Assembly: GCA_951406725.2 (NCBI GenBank)
Contig: OX597833.1
Coordinates: forward strand, 55,614,001-55,678,000
Reading direction: 5' to 3'
Source of the DNA: Octopus vulgaris
Taxonomy: Eukaryota
DNA: 64,000 nucleotides
Shown: positions 1 through 10,845 of the stretch, piece by piece
Layout of the letters: each line of letters starts with the position of its first letter
How positions within the stretch are numbered: position 1 is the stretch's first letter
Translations under genes and position numbers: made by a program
Notes under the pieces: model-generated
The model's input: the letters and a program-made list of their open reading frames with translations, nothing else
What the model was told of the DNA's origin: nothing
Databases searched by the model: none

Positions 1-291
1 GTCGAAACTGTTTGCTGTCGTTATTGCCATGGCAACAAACAGTATCGTTGAAAATAAAGACAAAGGGAATGTGAAAACTGAATTGCTATTTTTAAAAGAG
101 AATTTAATGAAATTAAACAAATGAAAAGAAGTTTTTATTTATTTTTTTTTAAAGAATTTAATGAGAGAAAACAAAAGATTTGTATCTATATATTAGAATT
201 GTGTCCCTGCAATTTCAACCAATCAATGACCGTCTATTGAGTTAAAAAGCATTCTGTCAGAGAGGCTGTTTCAGTACATCTCCCTTGCCAT

Positions 292-1125
292 TCTATAGAG
301 GGTTGGTAGAGGCGGAATGTGAAGATACCTTGGGGGAAACCCTAGGTCTCGACGATAATCAGCTGGCCAGTCTGTTCCGACGTACGTTCAAGCCGAAGAC
401 ACTGGACAACTTCCAGAAGTCTCTGGCATGGCAATGCTACAGAGGAGCTCTACCTGTTCGGGATAAACTCGCAAGGCACGGTGGCCGAGACAGTCCGATA
501 TGTCCAAGATGCGGGCGGGATAGGGAAACCGTCCCGCATGCTATTGTTCATTGTCCGGACGTGTCTGAGGTGTGGGTTTATGCCGAACAGCTGTTGTCAA
601 GTACACGAAGAGTACAGCTGTCGACTGATTTGTCATCAACATGCAAAACTATATCAAAAGAATATTGTTTGAAAATTTTCAGATTAAAATTTGTGATTGG
701 AGGAAAATGAAAAAAGATCTACAGTCAGGCAAGTTCATCTCCGGCCCTGGTTTGATGAATTATTTCATCTTTCACCTGAAAAGGAAGATAGGGCTGGAGA
801 GAATATGCCTGACTAAGAGAGTGTATGAAAAACGATGGAAAGATGTAGCACGAAAGTTGCGAGTGAATGATACAACATAAATGTAACATCAAACGAAACC
901 AAAAGTATCAGTGGGGAGGCGGGGCTCGTGGGGTCTGAGCTAAACCCGCACCCACTCCACCCGTAATGTCTTCCGGTCTGTTCCAACATTCGATTTCTTG
1001 CTATTTTTGTAAATTTCTGTAAATTTTTAAAATTCGCTTTTTTGTAAAACCCATTCGTGTGTCTGACCCCATCATCAGATTGTATTGTCCCCTCTATGTG
1101 GCCCCTAGTGGGTAATAAAGAAATA
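292..1125 (+). mobile_element. 5'-truncated L1/Tx1-clade LINE (ORF2 C-terminal Cys-rich domain plus 3' UTR)
   Basis: ORF 285-710 contains LPVRDKL..CPRC..ETVPHAIVHC (zf-RVT-like). Ends in the tail GCCCCTAGTGGGTAATAAAGAAAT. 16-bp TSD ACATCTCCCTTGCCAT at 276-291 and 1126-1141. Confidence 0.85.
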
Positions 1126-1587
1126 ACATCTCCCTTGCCATCCTCCGGCGCAACGGGTGCTTTATGTCATTGACCCTGAAAAAAGTATGAAATAATAGTC
1201 AAATGCAGTATTTTATGTGATTCGTATTCTAAAAGAGAGCTAGACATCGAAATGGAATACCATTAGTGATAAACAGTGTTAATATTAGCTCTGATATAGC
1301 TGTGTGATTCAGAACATCGTACTTTCAGGTTCAATCCCTCTGCGTAACACATTCAGTCAGTGTCTTCTATTATAGGCTCAGGGTGGTCAAAGCCTTTAAG
1401 AGTGAAATTTGGTAAATGGTTATTTAGAAGCTCAATGGAGCGACCGTTCCTGTTTTGTAGTTGAGAGGCTTAACAGTTACGTTCGTTTATTATCATCACC
1501 AGAATCCACTTCGAGCATTCGATGGAAGAACCCCCAACTGGGAATAACTTCTTTCACGTTACCAATGTCACCGTAAAAAGGGCTATG

Positions 1588-2024
1588 GGATCTTTTCGGT
1601 TTGAACGGCAATTTTTAACATAATTTCCTGGTAACTAAACACTTTTAAACTTCGTATACTGGTAGAATGTGTTTATAAAACATCTTTTTCTCTTGGCTTT
1701 ATTGAGAAAATTCTATAGTTTGTAAGATATTTGTTGTTGTTTTTTCTTCAATTTCTGCAATTTCAACCAATCAATGACGTCTATTGAGGTAAAAAAAAAC
1801 ATTCTGTGCCGTATGAATATATCCCTCGTTTAAGAAACAGATTGGGTTTATTTACATTTATGAAGAAATAAAGATACCCTTCCCCCCACCCCTAACCCAA
1901 CACCTAACTAACCCTAACCCTAAAACAGATTGAAATGCAATAGATCGATACTAGGGTCATAATTATGGGCGACAATTTCATATGACACCTCTAGAAAAAA
2001 CTGCCGTTCAAACCGAAAAGATCC
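1588..2024. mobile_element. MITE with GGATCTTTTCGGTTTGAACGGCA terminal inverted repeats (TIRs)
   Basis: TIRs at both ends; 8-bp TSD GGGCTATG/GGGTTATG; internal CCCTAA repeats. Confidence 0.85.
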
Positions 2025-2280
2025 GGGTTATGACCATTACTCTCCTACCAAGCCATAAAAAAAACTGAAGCGAACCGTTTCCAAACAAGAATTGTAACCA
2101 GGAAGCGTTTGCAGCTTTCACGACTTCACCTTATTCTCAGCAAATCTCAACACATTTATGATATTGATTTTTGTGTCTAAGAACACATTCTTTTTATAAG
2201 AAAGGGAAACTGGAAAGATATAGTGTTCATGTATTTTAAACGACATCTTGAAGTGAAAGTGATGTTTGATGGCGTCAACT

Positions 2281-2395
2281 AAGAATTGAAACCGGGTCGT
2301 GGATAAGAATGTACTGCATGCAAAACAATGTGATTGATTAAAGGGGAAAAAAAAAGACGTACGTTGAAATTATGGAATTACACATTTAAGGCCAC
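2281..2395 (+). promoter_or_regulatory. Conserved upstream cassette of 4TM paralog 1
   Basis: AAGAATTGAAACCG...TGCATGCAA...ATGGAAT..CATTTAAGG; recurs upstream of all seven paralogs. Confidence 0.55.
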
Positions 2396-2550
2396 TTTTT
2401 AAAATCAGAACAAAGATTTGCTTAATTTTTATTGTTTTTTAAAGAATAAATAGGAAAACATGGTGAGGTACTAAAATTTTAAGGAAAGGAAACGTTTCAT
2501 GTTAGCTGGCTTCGAATAAGAAAAAAAAAAAGAATTTATCTCACGGCAGA

Positions 2551-3171
2551 ATGGAGGATTCAGACAGCGTGGAAGAAAGCATTGACACTGATAGCTCTGC
2601 GGATAATTTGAACAATGCTCCACTTACAATTGAATCGTTGCTAGCCTCGACTGATTCGTGGTCATCTTATCGTCTGTCGTTTACTTCCTCTACCAGCAAC
2701 GATGAAAACGAAGAAACGACTGATCCAGGTGGATCTCAGCAAAATCAGGGCTACCGTCGCATGGCCAAGTATTCTGACATACACTGGGTGTTTATATTCA
2801 TCTTCCTGGTGTTGAATGCGATCAGTTTATCCTGCAGTGTTTCAGATTTGTTGCATCTCGTTCGCATATATCCAGACCTAGCACATAACTGGAGTATTGG
2901 CATGGACGTGCTTATAGCAATTAACTCGTTGATAATCTTCTGTTCAATTTTCCCGATTTCGAAGCGAAGAGTACTTTTCCCAAATCGTACTCTCACCTAC
3001 TGTCTCTTCTGTACCATATTTAACCTGTTGCCCGCTGCCATTATCTTCGGATTAAATTATGACCTCTTTACACTCGCAGTTTTTTTCTGTAGTATCATAC
3101 TTTTTGCATTACTGTGTGCACACCGCTTCAGGTTGGGCTTTATAGTCATTCAAAACTTGGAACCAACTTAA
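2551..3171 (+). CDS. Uncharacterised four-TM protein, paralog 1 (206 aa, intronless)
   Basis: Acidic/Ser-rich N-tail, then KYSDIHW, four hydrophobic segments and the FPISKRRVLFPNRTL loop. Clearly homologous to six other ORFs in the window. Confidence 0.85.
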   Translation: MEDSDSVEESIDTDSSADNLNNAPLTIESLLASTDSWSSYRLSFTSSTSNDENEETTDPGGSQQNQGYRRMAKYSDIHWVFIFIFLVLNAISLSCSVSDLLHLVRIYPDLAHNWSIGMDVLIAINSLIIFCSIFPISKRRVLFPNRTLTYCLFCTIFNLLPAAIIFGLNYDLFTLAVFFCSIILFALLCAHRFRLGFIVIQNLEPT

Positions 3172-3713
3172 AATTCTGTATATTCGATGATTCCTGTTTT
3201 ATATTACTTTTCCATGTACATATAAATTTTAAATATTTTAATTGTTTTTTTTTAATTGTATATAAACTATAGCCAAACATTCTAATTACTGTGACTCCAT
3301 TGTTGGCGATTAATATTCTTTCAACTTTAGTTTTTAATAATTCCAATTTTTTATCCATGTTAGATTAATGAATTTTACACCCAGATCTTCTCAGAAAACC
3401 TGTAACATTTCACACGATGTCAGACATGCGACAGCGATTTAATCCTAATATACCCACTACACCAACTCCTACCTACATATAGTGAAATTAATAACACCCA
3501 AATCATTATTACAACAGAATATTCCCATCCGTAAAATATATGTAAATCCATCTGTCTTTTCATCCTGTATTTAATAAGCGTGTTTGTACCCTACATGTCC
3601 CTTGTCTGTCCTTGTAACGTCCCCTCTATGTAAACCTTTTTAAAGGTAAATAAAGAAATATATTACAACAGAATATTCAGAATTTTTGCCTTCCTTTTGA
3701 AAACCGACTGTCA

Positions 3714-4045
3714 TTAACCCATAAAGCGCTCGGATTTTCATTTACATAGCATGAATTGCAGAGCACATCTTATGAAAATGAGACTACCATGCACTCATAA
3801 AAAAACAAAAAATAGCCAAAATATCTTCTTAGTATATAATAGTAGCAACTTCTACATTATCTGAAAAGTCATTAGTTTAAATATTAGTCCTCTTTCATTC
3901 TGGGGGAGTATCGGAGTATTTGGGTGACATGAGACCCCCAACAAACGCCCATGAATTAAATGCATCTATCTGGGCCACGATCGTGGTATGTGTCGACTTG
4001 TACCTGACGACCACGATCGTGGCCCGTCGCACTTTATGTTTTAAT
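3714..4045. mobile_element. Possible degenerate piggyBac-like MITE
   Basis: TTAACCCATAAAGCGC ... GCACTTTATGTTTTAA imperfect termini with TTAA flanks. Confidence 0.35.
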
Positions 4046-4363
4046 TAACATAGACGATTACAAATTTCTCCAGGTACAGACATCCACATCAATCGCTACT
4101 TTGTCGTTTTATGAAACTCTTCACAGCTGTCTTCCAAAATCTGCGTTTTGCTCTGCTAGTTTCGAACCCCACGTTTTTAGTTTTAAGCAAGATAACCTGG
4201 AAATATATGGCAATCATAAATTTTCATTGAAAAACGATACAAAAGTACTCGTGTACATTGTTTCTTAGACTACATTGCAAAACCTGCTCATAATTTCAGA
4301 CAGCGGAATTTTTATGTCGTTTGGTTTGAAATCTGCTAAAGAATATCTTTATTCTTTAAAACA

Positions 4364-4555
4364 ATGGCCGATTCCGAAATAACTGATGGAAAGAGTCACG
4401 TGAGCTAGTCAACACTGATGCAAACTAGTTGTAACCTTCTATAAACATTGATCCGTGGCCATTCTCTTAACAGTACGCCATCTTGTCTTGGTAAGAGAGC
4501 TTAAAACAATCATTAGGGCTATGCTACGAGGGTCTACGTCGTCCTTCCATCCTTT
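4364..4555 (+). pseudogene. Decayed remnant of a 4TM-family 5' end
   Basis: Reads MADSEITDGKSHVS*, compared with paralog 2 MADSERTSRDSSM; nucleotide-similar to 16578-16770. Confidence 0.55.
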
Positions 4556-4619
4556 ATTTCTGTCCCGATAATTTCAAAAATTTCTAGTTGGCCCTGCTAG
4601 GCTATTCTATCGATCTCGC

Positions 4620-4812
4620 TTAGCGAACCGCTAAGTTATTTTGTCGATCATGTTTGGCGAACCGCTAAGTTATTTTATCGATCTCCTTTGGCGAACCGCT
4701 AAGTTATTTCATCGATCACGTTTGGCGAACCGCTAGGTTATTTTATCGATCATCATTGGCAAAGCGCTAAATTATTTTATCGATCGCCTTTGACGAACCG
4801 CTAAGTTATTTT
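4620..4812. repeat. ~35-bp minisatellite (GGCGAACCGCTAAGTTATTTTATCGATC), SINE-derived
   Basis: About 5-6 imperfect copies. The core GAACCGCTAAGTTA also occurs in SINE 3' parts in this window. Confidence 0.75.
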
Positions 4813-5068
4813 AAGATTGGACACCTTTTGCCTGATTTCAATCTAATTTTCAACATGGTAAAGTGGAAGTGGATTTGTAATTTAAGCGCGGAAATCTAAT
4901 TTTTTATAAATGGGAGAGAGATAGATAGAGAAAGATAGAGAGTAAGAGAGAAAGGGAAAGTAAAAGAGTGGAAAAAGTGAGAGAGAAAGGAGAGAGAAAC
5001 AAAGAGGGAGAATGTGGCGATAAGAAACAGAAAGGAAGCAACGTATAGTAACAACCACACCCTCACCC

Positions 5069-5240
5069 GGAGGAAGTGGAGGAGGAAGTGGAGGAAGTGG
5101 AGGAGGAGGAGGAAGTGGAGGAGGAGGAGGAAGTGGAGGAGGAGGAGGAAGTGGAGGAGGAGGAGGAAGTGGAGGAGGAGGAGGAAGTGGAGGAGGAGGA
5201 GGAGGAGGAGGAGGAGGAGGGGAGAGTGGAGGAGGAGGAG
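5069..5240. repeat. (GAG)n purine repeat with 21-bp periodicity
   Basis: GAGGAAGTGGAGGAGGAGGAG units. Confidence 0.9.
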
Positions 5241-5633
5241 GTTGCTATTCGATTACATCGACCTCAGTAGCTGACTGGTACTTTACTTTATACGCTCCGA
5301 AAGTATAAGACACAGGTCAAATGCAGTATTTTTAATGTGCTTCGACGTGTAATAGCCAGTTGAACATTGAAATGGGGTATACAGTATAAATGTGATCGAA
5401 GACTGTCTCTGTGATTAAGGACGTCGAGGTTTCAGGTTCAATTGCTCTGCGTGATACCTTAAGCGAGTGTTGTATATTATAGCCTCGGATCAGCTTCTCA
5501 CGAGCTTAAGTGTTTGCCGTGTTGCCCTCGATACATTTTTCATATTAATTCTTTGCGGCAAAGAATACAAATTTGTTTTTTAAGAGTGACTGGGAGGAGG
5601 TAGTATTCATGTATTTCCGATATTTCGAAGCCT

Positions 5634-6395
5634 AAATGAAGTTTGATAGCTGACTTCTTATTACCCACAAGGGGCCAACAAAGAGGGGACAATACAATCT
5701 GATTTTGGGGTTAGATGAGCGAATGATTATACAAAAAGATGACATTAAAATTTTTACAAAATTAAGAAAGTATAATGAAATCGAAATGAAGTTTGATAGC
5801 TGATTTTTTATTGCCCACAAGGGGCCAAAAAAAGGGACAATACCATTTGATTTTGGGGTTAGATGAGCGAATGATTATACAAAAAGATGACATTAAAATT
5901 TTTACAAAATTAAGAAAATATAATGAAATCGAAATGAAGTTTGATAGCTGATTTTTTATTGCCCACAAGGGGCCAAAAAAAGGGGACAATACAATTTGAT
6001 TTTGGGGTCAGATGAGCGAATGATTATACAAAAAGATGACATTAAAATTTTTACAAAATTAAGAAAATATAATAAAATCGAAATGAAGTTTGATAGCTGA
6101 TTTTTTATTGCCCACAAGGGGCCAAAAAAAGGGGACAATACAATTTGATTTTGGGGTCAGATGAGCGAATGATTATACAAAAAGATGACATTAAAATTTT
6201 TACAAAATTAAGAAAATATAATGAAATCGAAATGAAGTTTGATAGCTGATTTTTTATTGCCCACAAGGGGCCAACAAAGAGGGGACAATACAATCTGATT
6301 TTGGGGTCAGATGAGCGAATGATTATATAAAAAGATGGCATTAAAATATTTACAAAATTAAGAAATATAATAAAATCGAAATGAAGTTTGATAGC
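5634..6395. repeat. ~149-bp tandem repeat, about 5 copies
   Basis: AAATGAAGTTTGATAGC recurs at about 5635, 5784, 5932, 6081, 6230 and 6380. The unit contains the reverse-strand LINE tail TTATTGCCCACAAGGGGCC. Confidence 0.9.
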
Positions 6396-6647
6396 GTCGA
6401 TTAAGAATTGAAACCGCACGCGCATGCAAATAGCTGTTGATTGACCAAAAGAAAAAAATTGTTGGCATGATGGAATAGTTTATTTAAGGGCACTCTTTAA
6501 AATCTATGCAAGGTGTTTTCATAATTTCTATTGTTTCCGAGACAATAAATACTAAATATGGTGAATTGCTAAAAATTCAGAGAGAGGACATTTTTTTTAT
6601 GTTCGTTAGCTTCAAATCGACGAAAGAAGATTACATATCAAGAAAGA

Positions 6648-7265
6648 ATGGCGGATTCTGAAAGAACTAGTAGAGATAGTTCTATGGAGAGTTTGAATAT
6701 TGCTCGAAGTATGATGAATTTGCCGGGAACATCATATGGTTCGAGGCCAACGCGTCGTCTCTCACTTTCTTCTAATGTCAGCGATGAGGAACACATAGAA
6801 ATGACCGCGCTAGGAGCATCTCGACAAAACCAACCCCACGATCGACAGCAGAACCAGCAGCGTACTACAAACGATCGTATGAGACACAGTGTCTATATAC
6901 GATGGGTTTATGCACTCATCTACCTGTTGATGTCTTTCATTTGTTTATTCTGCAGCCTTATAGATCTGTCGCTACGAATCCGCAGTTTTTCAACTTTGCC
7001 ATACTACTGGAATATTATTCTAGACGCATTTATAGCCGTCAGCTCGTTGGTAATCTTCTGTATCGTGTTTCAACTTTCGAAGCGAAGATCAGATTTCCGT
7101 ACTCGCTCTCTCAATCTGACTTTCGCATGTTCCATAGTTAATTTGTTTTCTGCTTCCAGTCTGTACTATATGCACACGCAGTGGCTAACTTTAGCCGCTC
7201 TTCTTTGTACTTTATTGCATATCATTCTGTTTTCGTGTGCGTTATACGTTTGCAAGAAACGATAA
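6648..7265 (+). CDS. Uncharacterised four-TM protein, paralog 2 (205 aa)
   Basis: RRLSLSSNVSDEEHIEMTALG motif plus the conserved 4TM domain; upstream cassette at 6403-6490. Confidence 0.85.
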   Translation: MADSERTSRDSSMESLNIARSMMNLPGTSYGSRPTRRLSLSSNVSDEEHIEMTALGASRQNQPHDRQQNQQRTTNDRMRHSVYIRWVYALIYLLMSFICLFCSLIDLSLRIRSFSTLPYYWNIILDAFIAVSSLVIFCIVFQLSKRRSDFRTRSLNLTFACSIVNLFSASSLYYMHTQWLTLAALLCTLLHIILFSCALYVCKKR

Positions 7266-8604
7266 TAAACTGTCTTACCAAAAGACCAGATTCGCACGTA
7301 ATGAATCTAACGGAATTTGCCAGCCTCTACAATAATGGCAAAAATTTCATTGTTGTAAATATCAGCATTTCTGCTTCCCCACCCTGCATTGAAGCTCAGA
7401 TACTCTATACACTGTCGCTTGATGTCTCTCACTTCAAAACCTTCACATTACCAAGCCATAATCGTCTTCTCGACAATCAGATCATCCGACTACTCTCATT
7501 GGCCCAACTCCCCAACACAAATATACCACACAATTCTGATTTTTTATTATCCACAAGGGGCCAACAAAGAAGGGACAATACAAATCGGGGAACTTAAAAA
7601 ATAACAAAAGTGGATGAAAATATTTGCCCAAATCTCTTATTTTCAGCTTTTCTGTAGTAGATAGTTTCACGAAATATTTTTCGACAGACTAATTATCTAT
7701 CTATCAATCTATCTATTTTTTTTCCTCTCCCCCTTTTTCCTCTTTTTTCTTCTTTTTTTTTCATTTTTCTTTTTTCTTTTTTTCTCTTTCCCTTTTTTCT
7801 TTTTTTCTTTTTTTTGTTTTTTCCCATTTACGATCCCTTTTGATCGAAAACCTACGCCACCTTTTTTTTTTTCTTTTTTCTCCCCCAAAAGAAAAGCTCT
7901 ACCTTGTAACTTGTCCCATCTGTGTGCAGCCCTGTGTGGCCAATAAAGAAACTTATCTATCTATCTATCTTACTATATCTATGTGTCTATCTATCTGTTT
8001 TACTATATCTATCTGTCTTACTATATCTATGTGTCTATCTGTCTGTTTGACTATATTGATATGTCTGTTTGTTTGACTATACCTATATATATATATATAT
8101 ATATATATCTCCATCTGACTGGATATGACTAAGAATACAGATTTCTTTTTGTTTTTTTTTTATAAGAGCGACTAGGAGGAGGTAGAGACCATATATTTCC
8201 AATAACATTTTGATGCCCTTAAGAAGATTTACAGCGTTAGGAATTGAAACCGCGCGTGGATTAGAATGATCTGCATGCAAGAAACTGTGACAGACTTTGA
8301 CAGAGAGGAAAAAACTGAAGTTGAAATGATGGAATAGTTTATTTAAAATCAACACGAAGTATTTTTTCTGAATTTCTATTGTTTTCTAGACAAAATTCTG
8401 TTATATGTATAACAAAGTTTTTTACTAACTGGCTCACTACAAGCACTGGCCTTTCTACTAAACTACGGTTAAATACTAGAATTGATCGATTGTTCATAAT
8501 TCGGGGAAAGGAATTTTTTTTTTTATCTCGGTTAAACAACAAATTTGCAAATGAAGAAAACATAAACTTCAAATTTGGATATGAAGAAAACATCTCGAGA
8601 AAGA

Positions 8605-9240
8605 ATGGAGAATTCAGAAAGAATGGAAAATTCTGAGGGAATTAATGGAGAACGTCCTGTGGAGGATTTCAATAATGCGCCAGCTATGAGCAATTTGCCA
8701 GGAACATCGAATGCTTCGAGGCCAACACATCGTCTGTCACTCGCTTCCAACGTCAGTAATGAGGAGAATATCGAAATGACCGCGCTGGGAGCATCTCGCC
8801 AAAATCAACCCCGCGATCAACAGCAGAATCAACGGAACACTACTAAATACTATAGAATACACTGGGTCTTTCTGCTCTTCTACCTGGCGATGTCATTTAT
8901 CTGTTTATTCTGCAGCATTATAGATCTGATAGAAAGAGTTCGCAATTACTCAGTCATGTCAGACTACTGGAATATACTTCTAGACGTGGTTATTGCCGCC
9001 AACTCGTTGACAATTTTCTGTATCACCTTTCAGTTTTCGAATCGAAAATCAGACTTTCCAAATCGTACTCTCGTCCACTGTCTCCTATGTGCCGTATTTA
9101 ATCTGTTGTCTGCTACAATTATCTACTATTTACATTACGAATGGATAACTATAGTAATTTTCATCTGTACATTCATACTTTTATTTCTGTTGTATCTACC
9201 GAGGTTGATGTCGAATTTTACAGTTATTCAAAATCTATAA
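8605..9240 (+). CDS. Uncharacterised four-TM protein, paralog 3 (211 aa from the homologous ATG; in-frame ATG also at 8581)
   Basis: HRLSLASNVSNEENIEMTALG plus 4TM domain; upstream cassette at 8241-8345. Confidence 0.85.
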   Translation: MENSERMENSEGINGERPVEDFNNAPAMSNLPGTSNASRPTHRLSLASNVSNEENIEMTALGASRQNQPRDQQQNQRNTTKYYRIHWVFLLFYLAMSFICLFCSIIDLIERVRNYSVMSDYWNILLDVVIAANSLTIFCITFQFSNRKSDFPNRTLVHCLLCAVFNLLSATIIYYLHYEWITIVIFICTFILLFLLYLPRLMSNFTVIQNL

Positions 9241-9806
9241 TTAACTTCAACTGTCTATATTCGAGATTTCCAGCATTTTTTTTTTATTACGCTTTGATGT
9301 AGTTAATTCATTATAACACTTAAATATTTTAATTACCTTTAAAAACTTTTGAGATTAACTTAAACATAACCAGGCTTTTCTAAAAATAGTGACTACACTG
9401 TCGGAGAAAATTCTTCTTTTAATATTTATTTCTTGGTTCCATTACATTAGTGGATTCCACTCCCAGAACTTTTATAACAGAAAATTTATAACATTTTACA
9501 TTATATAGGATATGCTTGTGGAATGGAATACTAAAATGCCTTCCACAAGACCAGATTCACATAAAACGAATCTAATAAAATTTGCCAACCACTACAATAA
9601 TGAGAAAAAAAAACTTATTTTCTCTAACCATCAAGATTTCTCTCTCCCTGCTAGAATAAGACCTTCACAAAATAATTTTTCTTGCACAGACACCACTAGC
9701 TTTTTCAAACTATCATACATAAATACACCTAATCTCCGAACAACTTGAATCACCAGCAACTCTTAGAAAATATACCCTCTTGCATTTGTAATATATGGAT
9801 CACATA

Positions 9807-10845
9807 AGGGCGGCGAGCTGGCAGAAACGTTAGCGCGCCGGACGAAATACTTACCGGTATTTCGTCTGCCACTACGTTCTGAGTTCAATAGCTCCACGTT
9901 GTTACAAGTGTGGCCTGAGGGGTCACATAAGAGCCTTCTGCCCTCCCCCAGGGAAAGAAATGGATTCCGAACCACAGAGAGAGAAGCAGAAACCAGAGGA
10001 GAAGGAGACAGTAGAAGAAGAGAATTCACAGAAATGGAAAGAAGCTGGAAATAAGAGGAAGAGAAGAATACGAGGAAAAGAAAATAACATAGAACACCAA
10101 TCCACCCCAACACCACCCACACCCTCTGAGACCCACCCTATCCCTGCAGACAGTGAACCCACCCGCTCCCCTCCAACAAGAAAACAAAAGAAAAAAAATA
10201 ATACAGACGGACAAGAGTTTGAAATCGAACCCAGGCCGAACATTTATATTATGACTGAACAGAAAGAAGTTAAAAGGGTAATGGAAGAGCATAAATGGTA
10301 TGAAATAGGTTAGACCAGATATGCAGTGCTGGAAAAGAAGAATATAGATGAGTTTGTGTTGAGGTGTGAAAGGGAGAATTGGGAGGTGAAAGATACAAGA
10401 ATGAGCGATGAATTCGTGGAAAATATGGAGGAGTATTTCGGAGTAAGAATGGATATGGATGGTCTTCGTATTGGGAATGAACATTCAGGTGACAGTGAAA
10501 ACAAAAGGACAGGTAAGTGATGCTGGCGGAGGGGGCCGTTAGCATCGCTTTCATATTATCATTTTTTCATCTTAATATTCATTTGCTCATAAATTTAATC
10601 ATATTGTTCTATGTCCCTCATGTTTTGTTATGTACGCCAGTCTTCGTAACCCCTGGTGGGTAATAAAGAATTAACTACGTTCTGAGTTCAAATTCCGCCG
10701 AGGTCGACTTTGCCTTTCATCCTTTCGGGGTCGATTAAATAAGTTCCAGTTACGCACTGGGGTAGATCTAATCCACTTAATCCGTTTGTCTGTCCTTGTT
10801 TGTCCTCTCTGTGTGTAGCCCCTTGTGGGCAGTAAAGAAATAAGA
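9807..10845 (+). mobile_element. tRNA-derived SINE (family A) interrupted by a retro-insertion
   Basis: Head GGCGGCGAGCTGGCAGAAACGTTAGC. The body resumes at 10674 with GAGTTCAAATTCCGCCGAGGTCGACTTTGCCTTTCATCC and ends in GTGGGCAGTAAAGAAAT. Confidence 0.8.
9889..10673 (+). mobile_element. ORF1-only (HAL1-like) non-autonomous retroelement, 5'-truncated
   Basis: CCHC knuckle CYKCGLRGHIRAFC starts at 9900, in frame with ORF 9960-10313. No RT. LINE-type tail. 18-bp TSD ACTACGTTCTGAGTTCAA at 9871-9888 and 10674-10691. Confidence 0.7.

Noticed and set aside
5014-5274. Poly-Arg (protamine-like) and poly-Glu ORFs
   Set aside because: A simple GAG repeat with a non-ATG start, adjacent to a SINE fragment.
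5632-6425. Four similar minus-strand ORFs
   Set aside because: Artefacts of the 149-bp tandem repeat.
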